This document shows positions 8,026 to 18,020 of a stretch of DNA of 64,000 nt, piece by piece. Position numbers and translations under genes: made by a program. Positions within the stretch are counted from its first letter, which is position 1. Each line of letters starts with the position of its first letter. Source of the DNA: Candidatus Multivorans sp. (lineage in GTDB: Bacteria > Acidobacteriota > Thermoanaerobaculia > Multivoradales > Multivoraceae); assembly GCA_965224025.1 (NCBI GenBank), contig OZ245033.1, forward strand, positions 4,480,001-4,544,000, read 5' to 3'. A model generated the notes under the pieces. It did no database searches and had not been told where the DNA came from. It worked only from the letters and a program-made list of their open reading frames with translations.

Positions 8026-11000
8026 ATGAGCGCTGACTCCAAGGGCCGCGACCTTTTCATCGTCGACAACAGCGTCTCCGGCTGGACCGGGCTCCGCTAC
8101 CTACAGGAGTGGTCCGGTATCGCGAAGGCGTTCGACATCGCGACTGGCTACTTCGAGATCGGCGCTCTCCTCGCCCTCGACGGCAAGTGGCAGGGACTCG
8201 ACAAGATCCGGATCCTGATGGGCGCCGAGACCACCCATCGGACGCGACAGGCACTCCTTGAGGCCGTCCGCAAGCAGAGGCTCTGCGGCGACTCGATGAG
8301 AGCATCGAGGAAGACAAGCTGCCCAACCCGTTCCTGCGCGGGACTCCGGCAATCGTCGACGCTCTCCGCTCAGGCCAAATCGAGTGCCGTGTCTACGACC
8401 AAGCCAAGTTCCACGCCAAGGCGTACATCACTCACGCTAAGTTCGAGGTCATGGGTGCCCAGGCGTTGGTGGGTTCCAGCAACTTCACGCGCCCCGGCCT
8501 CGGCAAGAACGTCGAGCTGAACGTTCAGGTTCAGAGCGCCCGTGAGGTCGCTCAGCTCCAGGAGTGGTTCGAGACGCACTGGAACGAGGCGCGAGAGGTC
8601 ACCGACGACGTTGTCCAAACTATCTCCCGCCATACCCGCCTCTACTCGCCGTTTGACGTCTACGCGAAGGCTCTGCAGCAGTACTTTCGGGGGCACGAAC
8701 TGACCGAAGCCGAGTGGGAACAGTCACGATCACGGGTGTTCCAGCAACTCGACCGCTACCAGAAAGAGGCCTACTGGGCCCTGATGAAGATCGCACGGCA
8801 GCACGGCGGCGCGTTCCTCTGCGACGGCGTCGGTCTCGGTAAGACGTTCGTCGGCCTGATGTTGATCGAGCGGCTCATCTTGCACGAGGGTAAGAGGGTA
8901 GTGCTGTTCGCACCCAAGGCCACGAAGGAGGGTGTTTGGGAGCCCCACTTACGCCGCTGGCTTGATCACGTTGGCGGCTTCGGCGGCGGCGAAGACTTCA
9001 GCAACCTGGCCGTCTTCAGTCACACCGACCTCGGCAGAAAGGGCGACTTCCCGACGCGATTCGAACGGATCACGGAACTTGCCGATGTCGTGGTCATCGA
9101 CGAGGCCCACCACTTCCGCAACCCGGGCCGCCGAGGGGATCCCGAGAAGGGTATCGAGCCATCGCGCTACTACCAGCTATTCAACCTCCTCGACAACGAG
9201 GAACGCGCCAAGACGGTGTTCATGTTGACGGCGACGCCCATCAACAATCGACTGAGTGACTTCCGCCACATGACCGAGCTCTTCAGCCGCCGCGAAGAGG
9301 CCTACTTCGCACGCACGCTTGGCGTCAACCACCTGCGGGCGCACTTCAACCAGATGGAGAAAACGCTCCGCGGTCGACTCGGTCATGACGCCGCGGACGC
9401 CGCCGATCACATGACCGAGGCCCAGGACATCCTCTTCACTGACGCCTTCTTCCGCGAGCTCGTCGTCCAGAGGAGCCGCGCGTACGCGAAAGCAAGCCAG
9501 AAGCAAGAACGCGATGAACCAGCCACTTTCCCCGACCGGCAGGCGCCCCAGGTAGCGGAGTACTCGATCCGCACGACTTACGGGCAGATGCTCGACCTCT
9601 TCGAGAAGGCGTTCGCGAAACAGAACCCACTCTTCACGCTACCGATGTACTACCCACTGCATTGGTACAGGGGGGCCGACGCCAACATCGATCCGTTCGA
9701 GGAGAACCGCCAGAAGCAGGTCGTAGGACTCATCCGGACCAACTTCCTCAAGCGCTTCGAGAGCTCGGTCGCTGCCTTCGAGCTCTCCTGCGAACGCCTG
9801 CTCCAGAAGCTGCTCGCTTTCCTCGAGGTACACAGCGAGACCGACTCCGAGAGGAACAGCCTCGAGCGCTGGAAGGCGCAGCACGCGGACGACCTCGGCC
9901 ACAGCCAGCGGCAGCGGCAGCTCTGGGGCGATTCCGACGAAGCGGACGATGAAGACGTTGTGCCCCAGGAGCTGCTCGACGCGGTCGAAGGCCTCGAGCG
10001 GACGGAGTACAACGTCGAAGAGATACTGACCGAGACCTTCATCGACCTCGGAGAGATCGTGAAGTTCCTGAACGAGGCCCGCCGATTCGAGCCGAAGCAC
10101 GACGACAAGTTGAAGAAGCTCATCCGCCTGCTGAAGTCGAAGGAACTCGCCGACCAAAGGTCCTGATCTTCACCGAGTTCGCCGACACGGCCCGCTACCT
10201 CAAACGCCACTTGGACCAAGCTGGCATTGAGGGCGTCGAGCAAGTGGACAGCGCCACTAAGAAGAACCGCTCAGAAGTCATCCAGAACTTCGCGCCCTAC
10301 TACAACGGCCTCTCTTCCCCCGAGCTCGCCGAACAGCGCCGCCAAGAGACCCGGGTCCTCATCTCCACGGACGTCCTTTCCGAAGGTCTCAACCTCCAGG
10401 ACGCCTCCCGGATGATCAACTACGACATCCACTGGAACCCCGTCCGCCTGATGCAACGCATCGGCCGAGTAGACAGGCGCATGGACCCGGTTGTCGAAGA
10501 CCGGCTCGTGGCCGACCATCCCGAGGCAGGCGCGTCGCGGGGAAGGGTCTGCTTCTGGAACTTCCTCCCACCCGCGGAACTCAACGAGATCCTCTCGCTC
10601 TACAAACGGGTTACGCAGAAGACCCTGCTGATCTCCAAGACCCTCGGCATCGAGGGGAAGAAGCTCCTCACGCCGGACGATGACTACGACGCGCTGAAGG
10701 AGTTCAACCACGCCTACGAAGGCTCTCGAACTGCTGTCGAGGACATGCACCTCGAGTATCAGGAACTGCTCCAAGCCGACCCTGAGTTGGATGCGCGTCT
10801 GGCTCGCTTCCCCGGAGCGATCTTCAGCGGCCGCAGGCGCCCGGCGAAGGGTGTGCGGGGCGTCTTCTTCTGTTACGCGCTCCCCGCCCTCGACAAGGAG
10901 AAGAACGAGTTCACGCAGGAGGCCGGTACCACGGACTGGTACCTCTACGACCTCGACCGCGAGAACATCCTGGACGAACCGCGGGACATTGTGGCGAGTA

Positions 11001-11170
11001 TCCGCTCGAAAGTCCGGACGAAGCGCCGGTGCACCACGGAAGAGAAGACGCTCCTGGACATGCGCAGACGGGTCGAGAGGCACATCAAGAACGGCTACCT
11101 GAAGCGCCGGGACGCCCCCGCTGGTGTCAAGCCACGCCTTCACTGCTGGATGGAACTCAACGAGGATTGA
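8026..11170 (+). CDS. PLD-nuclease / SNF2-like SF2 helicase fusion, interrupted by two -1 frameshifts (~8275 and ~10157)
   Basis: Joins ORFs 8026, 8451 and 10211. PLD motifs ATGYF, FHAKAYI, VGSSNFT. Helicase motifs DGVGLGKT, DEAH, TATPINN, (K)VLIFTEFADT, STDVLSEGLNLQ, QRIGRVDR. Confidence 0.85.
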
Positions 11171-11174
11171 GTCG

Positions 11175-14100
11175 ATGCTGACCAACCACCGCGAACGCCT
11201 CGCCGGTATCCGGCGGTTCGACCAACTCGTCCGCTATCTCCGAAAGGACCTAGGCTGGCCCATCGTCTCGGACGACTTCCAGGCTCTTCCAGACGACCTG
11301 ACATTTGACTACACGGCGGAGGAGCTCGGGATCGATGCGAAGAACGCCGCAAAGATCCAGGAGATCAAACGTCTGCGCCCGCTCGTGGTCGGCCAACCCT
11401 GGGGCGTGTTCTTCGTCAAGTTCGCACCAAAACGCCTGCCCGTCGTAGCGCTTCGGCGGATCCTCCGACAAGTGGCGCAAAGGAGCCGTCCCTCGGCCAA
11501 CACGCCCGAGCGCCAAATGTGGGCAGCCGACGACCTGCTCTTCGTCTCGAACTACGGCGCGGGGGACGCGCGGCAGATCGCCTTCGCCCACTTCTCGGAG
11601 CCAAAGAGCCGACGCGACCTGCCCACACTTAAGGTCCTCGGCTGGGACAACTTGGATACTGGGCTTCACCTTGATGCCGTCGCTCGCGCTCTACGCAACC
11701 ACTTGACCTGGCCCGAGGACGAGGGCGACGCCGAAGCCTGGCGCGCCCAGTGGCGCACCGCCTTCGCACTTCGCCACCGTGAAGTCATCACGACCTCGCA
11801 GGAGCTCTCCCAGCGACTCGCAGAACTGGCCCGGGCAATCCGGGACCGCGCCACGACGGCGCTCTCGATCGAGAGTGAGTCAGGACCGCTCACCCAGCTT
11901 ATGGAGGCGTTCCGAGCTGCTCTCGTTCACGACCTGGACCGGGCTGGCTTCGCCGACATGTACGCCCAGACCATCGCCTACGGCCTGCTCTCCGCCCGCA
12001 TCACCGACCCCGAACGACCCACCGCAGACGACTTCGCTTCCCACATGAGGACCAACCCGTTTCTGCGAGAACTGCTGACGTCCTTTCTCCGCGCGGGGGG
12101 ACGGCGCGACACCGCCGGCGGCTACGGCCTCGACTTCGACGAACTGGGCGTTTCTGAGGTGGTGGAACTCCTCGACGAAGCGAAGATCGAAGCTGTGCTA
12201 CGAGACTTCGGCGACAGGAATCCTCAAGAAGACCCGGTCATCCACTTCTACGAGCACTTCCTCGCCTCCTACGACAAGGAGCAGAAGGTAAAGCGCGGCG
12301 TCTTCTACACGCCGCGCCCCGTCGTCTCCTACATCGCGCGCTCGGTGCACGAACTCCTGCGCACGGAGTTCGGCCTCGCGGACGGCCTCGCCGACACCAC
12401 CACATGGGGCGAGATGGCCGAACGCCACGAGGGCCTGGAGATCCCTAACGGCACACCGCCGAATCAGGCTTTCGTTCAGATCCTCGACCCAGCCACCGGC
12501 ACCGGCACGTTCCTCGTCGAGACGATCGACCTGATCCACAAGACAATGGCCGACAGGTGGAAGGCTCAAGGGCACGGTCCGAGGGCCATCGAGAGCTCTT
12601 GGAGCAAGTACGTCCCCGAACACCTCCTGCCCCGGCTGCACGGCTACGAGCTCCTCATGGCACCGTACGCCATTTCCCACCTCAAGATCGGCCTAAAGCT
12701 CCGGGAGACCGGCTACCGATTCGAGAAGGCCGTGCGTGCGCAGGTCTACCTGACGAACGCGCTGGAGCCGCCGGCGCATGCTCAGATCCCTATCGGCTTT
12801 CTGCCAGCGCTGGCCCATGAGGCCGCCGCCGTCCGCGACGTCAAGCGTCTGCGGCAATTCACGGCAATCATCGGGAATCCACCCTACGCCCAATACAGCT
12901 CGAATCTCCAGGACTTCGCCAAAGACCACATCGAAAGATTCAGGTACACCGGGGGAATCCGGACTCGCGCCCGCAACCCTCTCCAACTTGAGCGCAACCT
13001 GAACGACGACTACGTCAAGTTTCTTGGGTTCTCCGCGAGCGCCCTTCAAAGCGCGCCCGGCGTTCTCGGCTTCATCACCAACAGAATGTTCTTGGAGTCC
13101 GAGTCGCTCGTCGGCCTGCGAGAGTGGGTCAGTACACACTTCCGGAGCGCCTTCTTCCTGGATCTTCGCGGCAGCAGCGAGGAATCTCGTCGCGTTCCGC
13201 GACTAGCGGACGATCAGAATGTCTTCGAGATCCGGCAGGGCGTTGCTGTCTCTTTGCTAGTCAGCAGAGCTGGCATCGAGTCCGCCAGAGGCGCCACTGA
13301 CGAACCCGCCACGTTCGCCAGCGAGCCGTCGGTCCTGTCTCGCACAAGTACCAAGCCCTCGCCAACAGCCTCGGCGTCCGTCATTCCGGCTGGACGAAGC
13401 TCGCGCCGAGAGCACCGACGTGGCGACTGGACCTGGACGGTGAAGTTCCCGCAGCATCAGAGGCGAGCGCCAAGAGCCGCCTCCGCGCCTTCTCTCTCGA
13501 CCGTGTGTTCCGGGAGTTTTCGACTCTTGTAGCCAGCAACCGAGACCACTTGGTGGTTGCTTTCGACCGTGCCGAGGTGCTCGCCAACGCTACCAGCGTG
13601 CAGGCCTTTAGGGGAACTGACAAGGAACTATGTGACCATTTTTCTATTACTGCCAAGAAAGGTTGGAACATCGCGGCGGCTCGGCAGAAGCTCGCGGAAG
13701 TCGAGTCGATAGACGAATACGTCCAGGAGATCGAGTACCGCCCCTTCGATCGGCGCTTCATCTTCTTCCATCCAAGTCTGGTCTGGCAAACGGCACCTGT
13801 GTGCTCGCGGAACGTATCGGAGCGGACGAACAACCGTCTGCTGATTTCTCTAGGGAAGAACAGGGCAGACACGGCCAACGGCCAGTGGGTTAGCGGTGGC
13901 CTAGCGGACAAGAGTGTGGTCACGACGCGCGACAACGCGTCGGGGTTCCCCTTGTACCTGTACGCCGACAAGGGCAGTCGGGCGGTCCTGGACTTGGCGG
14001 ATACGAAGGACGAAGCGTGGCCCAACTTCCGGCGGGAGTTTATCGAGGGGATCTGCAGTGAGTTGGATCTGCCACCGGACGGCCCCTTCGGGCTGCCAAC

Positions 14101-15193
14101 TGGCATTCTCCCAGAGGACATCCTTCACTTCATCTACGCCTTGTTGCAGGCGCCGAGCTACCGGACGTACTGGCACCGCGAACTGGTTACAGGGTTTCCG
14201 CTCGTACCACTGCCGCCATCCCACGGACTCTTCAGGGACTTGGCACAGCGGGGATCGAGCTTGGCGGCCCTACACCTGCTCGCGTCCCCGAAGCTCGCCG
14301 ACACAACTACGGACTATGCCGGCCCCAGAGCCCCCGAGGTCGACCAGGTCGGCTGGTGTGAGGGCACAGTCTGGCTCGACGCTCTGAAGACCCTCGCCCG
14401 CAAGGGGCACCGAGCCACACAGGCCGGCACGATCGGCTTCCACGGAGTGCCCGAGGAAGTCTGGGATTTCCACATCGGCGGCTATCAGGTCTGCCACAAG
14501 TGGCTCAAGGACCGGAAGGGACGCACGCTCTCGGACGAGGACATCGCCCACTACCAGAGGATCGTCGTCGCCCTGAACGAGACGATCCAGATCATGGCGG
14601 AGATCGACAAGGTCATCGAGGACCACGGCGGTTGGCCCACAGCCTTCGAGCCCCGGTCGGCAACAGGCACAGATGCAGCGGAAGTGACGAAGGTCTTGCC
14701 GTTCCAGCCACGGAAAGTCGAGCCAGCGCCCGAGGACCGCTACGTCACCTGCGTGCCGCTCGTGCCGCTCGAGGCGGCAGCCGGCAGCTTCAGTGCCCAG
14801 CAGCTCGTCGAGGAGGACGCCGGATTCGAGTGGGCTGAAGTGCGGTCGCGCCACAGGTTGCGCCCAGGTATGTTCGTAGCCCAGGTCGTCGGCAGGTCTA
14901 TGGAGCCCACCGTCCCCGACGGCTCCTGGTGCCTTTTCCGGGGGCCCGTGGAGGGTTCCCGGCAGGGCAAGACCGTGTTGGTCCAACTTCGCGACGCCAC
15001 CGACCCGGAGACGGGGCAGCACTACACCGTCAAGAGCTACAGAAGCGAGAAAGCGAAGCGCGGCGAGTCCTGGCGCCACGAGAGGATCACCCTTGAACCC
15101 GCCAACCCGGAGTTCGAGTCGATCGTGCTCTTGGGTGCGGAGGAAGACGAACTGCAGGTCATCGCGGAACTGGTAGAGGTGCTGACGGACTGA
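11175..15193 (+). CDS. Type ISP-like N6-adenine DNA methyltransferase + target-recognition region + C-terminal S24 (LexA-like) peptidase, with one -1 frameshift at ~13310
   Basis: [29 protein letters not shown] (motif I), GNPPY (motif IV), DDYVKF. After the frameshift: [29 protein letters not shown] (Type ISP C-terminal-like), then PLEAAAGSF...GRSMEP...YTVK (S24). Confidence 0.85.
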
Positions 15194-15258
15194 CCCGCGG
15201 TACCGTGCCGCCGACACTTGGCTTGCATCTCCGCCCCCAGCACCTGAATCCATGGCGG

Positions 15259-15537
15259 TCAGTTCACGCCAACGCGAATCTCCCCGACAAGGGCGATAAG
15301 AGCGGCTGCCAAGCCAGCGGCGTCAGCAGGAGAAAGCTCAAAGCCGATTCCAGGGTCAGTATCGCTGGAAGGCTGAACAACCTGTGCAGGTCTACCGGCT
15401 GCCACCCGCCGCTGCAGATCGCGAGCAAACTGCTCAGCTTGGTTGAGTTCAAACACCACGTCAACGACCTCCCCGGTCTCCGGGTCCGACAGTTCTAGGC
15501 GCGCACGTTGTCCGTCGCGGTAGAGCGCAGGCTTCAC
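15259..15537 (-). CDS. Hypothetical protein (92 aa)
   Basis: Protein-like composition and 4-nt overlap with the upstream gene. Confidence 0.55.
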   Translation of the reverse strand: MKPALYRDGQRARLELSDPETGEVVDVVFELNQAEQFARDLQRRVAAGRPAQVVQPSSDTDPGIGFELSPADAAGLAAALIALVGEIRVGVN

Positions 15538-16187
15538 GGGTCTAGCATCCTGGCGTTGGCGACCATCGCCACCGCGTGCTCATCGCAAGTGACGGCTTGG
15601 TCTGTGCTTCGGTACTCCGCGAGCACCTGCTCTCGGACACGCCAACGGTCCTGAGCGTAGAACCGCGCTGAGCCCCTGAGCGCGTTCACGAGGTCGTTCG
15701 GCAACCCGGCGCACTCGGTCCCGCGATCAGGCGCGTAGGCCCAAGCCAAATCCTCGGCCCACTTCGAGCATGGAACACGGATTCCCCGGTTTGCTGCTGT
15801 ACGAAAGTCGTCGACGATCCGTTCTCTGTACTCCTCTCGGCTCGGGGCCCGCACTGCCAGGCGCCGGTAGCCGCCCACAGCCCCTGGCACAGGCAGGTTG
15901 ACGTCCAGCGCACCGAGGATCTGGCCAGCGATGGCTTGGCCCAACATCCGGTTCTGGGCGTGCTGTGCGAGTAGCTGTTCTTGGTTGACGATGGCGAAGC
16001 CATGACGCAGGACATCGATCGTCTGCGCGGACACGGCGGCGCAATCGTCAAGGCTGTTCGCGACCCGGTGTTCCTTCCGCTCGGCTATCCGCTGCTGGGC
16101 CCGCTCCAAGCCCGCGCGCGCCTGTGCCTCCGCGAGACCAGCGCAGACGAACGACGCGATCGCTGCTACGACGATGATCCTCCCCAT
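15534..16187 (-). CDS. Hypothetical secreted helical protein with an internal two-Cys repeat
   Basis: GAGGGG RBS, signal peptide (AEA), two CA...LR...R..C..A repeats. Confidence 0.7.
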   Translation of the reverse strand: MGRIIVVAAIASFVCAGLAEAQARAGLERAQQRIAERKEHRVANSLDDCAAVSAQTIDVLRHGFAIVNQEQLLAQHAQNRMLGQAIAGQILGALDVNLPVPGAVGGYRRLAVRAPSREEYRERIVDDFRTAANRGIRVPCSKWAEDLAWAYAPDRGTECAGLPNDLVNALRGSARFYAQDRWRVREQVLAEYRSTDQAVTCDEHAVAMVANARMLDP

Positions 16188-16236
16188 GGCAGTCCCCTCT
16201 CAGACCTTCTAGTGCACTGAATGCCATGATGCGCGC

Positions 16237-16464
16237 ATGCGCATCACGGTGACCATAGACGATGACGTACCGGCGGTGGCCAAAGTGCTGGGCGCGCGAA
16301 AGGGCTGCAGCCTGGGCAGCGCTCCGTCGGAACTTGCTCGGGACGGATTCAGGAGCGCCAGCCCCTTCCAAAAGGACGAAGACGCTACCGTCTTCGCCAT
16401 CCCCATCGATGCGGAGACCATCGCCAACGAGGACGTGTACCGATCACTAGTCGACTGGCCGTAG
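16237..16464 (+). CDS. VapB-like ribbon-helix-helix antitoxin, probably decaying
   Basis: MRITVTIDDDV...ELAR pattern typical of RHH antitoxins, with prolines at normally hydrophobic helix positions (DDDVPA, SAPSEL). Confidence 0.65.
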   Translation: MRITVTIDDDVPAVAKVLGARKGCSLGSAPSELARDGFRSASPFQKDEDATVFAIPIDAETIANEDVYRSLVDWP

Positions 16465-16506
16465 AACGAGCTGCTGGACGTGAACGTCCTCATCGAGCTC
16501 CCCTAG
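16465..16506 (+). pseudogene. Remnant of a VapC/PIN toxin N-terminus
   Basis: Reads ELLDVNVLIELP* directly after the antitoxin stop. LLDVNVL is the PIN first-strand motif. Confidence 0.6.
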
Positions 16507-16542
16507 GTCCCAACTAGGGGCACCACGCTGCCGCGCGAGCGG

Positions 16543-16959
16543 TCAGGCGCCTTCGCCCGCCAAACGCAGTTCGTAGGGGTTCGTTACCGACAGGCCGCCC
16601 AGTGCCGCGAGCATCTCAAGAGGGTCGTCGGAGTTGATGCCCTTCATGGCTTCCTGGACGTCCTTCCGGCTGGTTGGCGGTTTCCGCACTTCAAAGAAGG
16701 GCCACAGGACCACACTCTTGTAGTTGCGGTCCTTCTTCGGGAACGCTGAGATCGGCGGCCCCGTGTACTCGGGCTCATAGCGAAAGACGAACGCACCATC
16801 TTCGCAAGACAGTTCCCCGATCAGCTCCCGCCCGTGCGCCCTGCTCCGCCGGACGACCTGAAGCCTCTTCCCCGTCGACTCGGGTGGCGCGACGCGCTGG
16901 CGACGAATCCCTGAAGCCCGAAGTAGTTGGTCCAAGGCCCTTTGAACTGACTTGCTCAT
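16543..16959 (-). CDS. HipA N-terminal (HipS/Couple_hipA-like) domain protein, putative antitoxin
   Basis: IGEL...FVFRY...LWPFFEVRKP pattern. ATGA overlap with the upstream kinase. Confidence 0.7.
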   Translation of the reverse strand: MSKSVQRALDQLLRASGIRRQRVAPPESTGKRLQVVRRSRAHGRELIGELSCEDGAFVFRYEPEYTGPPISAFPKKDRNYKSVVLWPFFEVRKPPTSRKDVQEAMKGINSDDPLEMLAALGGLSVTNPYELRLAGEGA

Positions 16960-17993
16960 GGCCGATCCTCCTCACGCAGCCGGCGAATCCGAAACTCCAG
17001 CAGGTCCACGATGAGCCTCAGGCGTCGTTGGGTGATGATGCGCCGGAAGCGTCGCTGCAGCATCCTCTCGATCGTCGGAACGGACACCGCGTCGAAGACG
17101 GCCCGCATCGCCGGGAAGAGATCCGGGTGTTCCCGCGCGATTCCCGTCACAAGTCCGAAGTGATTCTGGCTCACCGCTCCTCCCACCGAGAGAATCGGCC
17201 GCGAACGAAGAGCATACCGTTCGACGAACCCCTGTCCCTGACGCTCCGCTTGCCGGGCCAAGTCGGCATCGGAGTGATTGACGAAGAGACCCCGGGCCGT
17301 GTCGAAGATCGGCGCGAATCGCACAGGAGCGCCGCCCGGGTCGAGGGACTCCAGGACTCCCCAGTTCATGCCGTGGCGATCCGGTGCTCCGACGAACGCA
17401 TCGAACGCGAGCATCTTGACGAAGTCCACCGCAAGCGCGCCCGAGTCCTCGCCATAGAGCGCCTTCAGAATCGTCAGCATGTTCCCCACCGTGTAGAACT
17501 GTCGCTCCTCCTTCCGGTCGGCAAGCCCAAAGGTGGCGGCCACCTCCTCCTGTGTCGAGTCGAAGTAGGCAGCGGCAAGCTCGATGCCATGGCGCAGCGC
17601 CTCGTGTTCGACGTGCACGAAGTCGCGAGAGAGAAACCGCACGTCGTCCTTCGCCACCCGAACGAGCCGCGACCGGGCCATCCGCACCGGGAGCATCGCC
17701 CCAACCTTCGAGATGATCTCCTCCGTGACGCACTCGCGAGCGTCAGCCTGGAACCGCCCCTTCTTCGCGATGTAGCCGCAATCACCAAGTGATGGGCTGT
17801 GACGACCCGCTGTCCTTCCAACCACGCGCGGAGCACCGTATGCCAGGTAGTCCTTCGGCACCGTGCCGATCAGGGACACCTCGCCGAAGGGAACAAGCCT
17901 CCAGCCGCCAGGCTTCAGGAGAGGAATGGCCCGGACGTTCACCTCCGCCCGGCTCGGCGTGGTGGTGAAGCGGTCCCTGCGCCGCCATGCCAC
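16956..17993 (-). CDS. HipA-like Ser/Thr kinase toxin
   Basis: GTVPKDY loop, YIAKK, ECVTE, FLSRDF, FDAFVGAPDRHGMNWG (catalytic loop), FAPIFDTARGL. Confidence 0.85.
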   Translation of the reverse strand: MAWRRRDRFTTTPSRAEVNVRAIPLLKPGGWRLVPFGEVSLIGTVPKDYLAYGAPRVVGRTAGRHSPSLGDCGYIAKKGRFQADARECVTEEIISKVGAMLPVRMARSRLVRVAKDDVRFLSRDFVHVEHEALRHGIELAAAYFDSTQEEVAATFGLADRKEERQFYTVGNMLTILKALYGEDSGALAVDFVKMLAFDAFVGAPDRHGMNWGVLESLDPGGAPVRFAPIFDTARGLFVNHSDADLARQAERQGQGFVERYALRSRPILSVGGAVSQNHFGLVTGIAREHPDLFPAMRAVFDAVSVPTIERMLQRRFRRIITQRRLRLIVDLLEFRIRRLREEDRP

Positions 17994-18020
17994 GGCCCCT
18001 CTCGCCTGCTCTTGCCGCCG

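Noticed and set aside
10150-10166. Programmed -1 ribosomal frameshift
   Set aside because: There is no canonical slippery heptamer. A single-base loss in a short A run is the simpler explanation.
7873-18020. Island as an integrative element or prophage
   Set aside because: I found no integrase, tRNA target, att repeats or phage genes.
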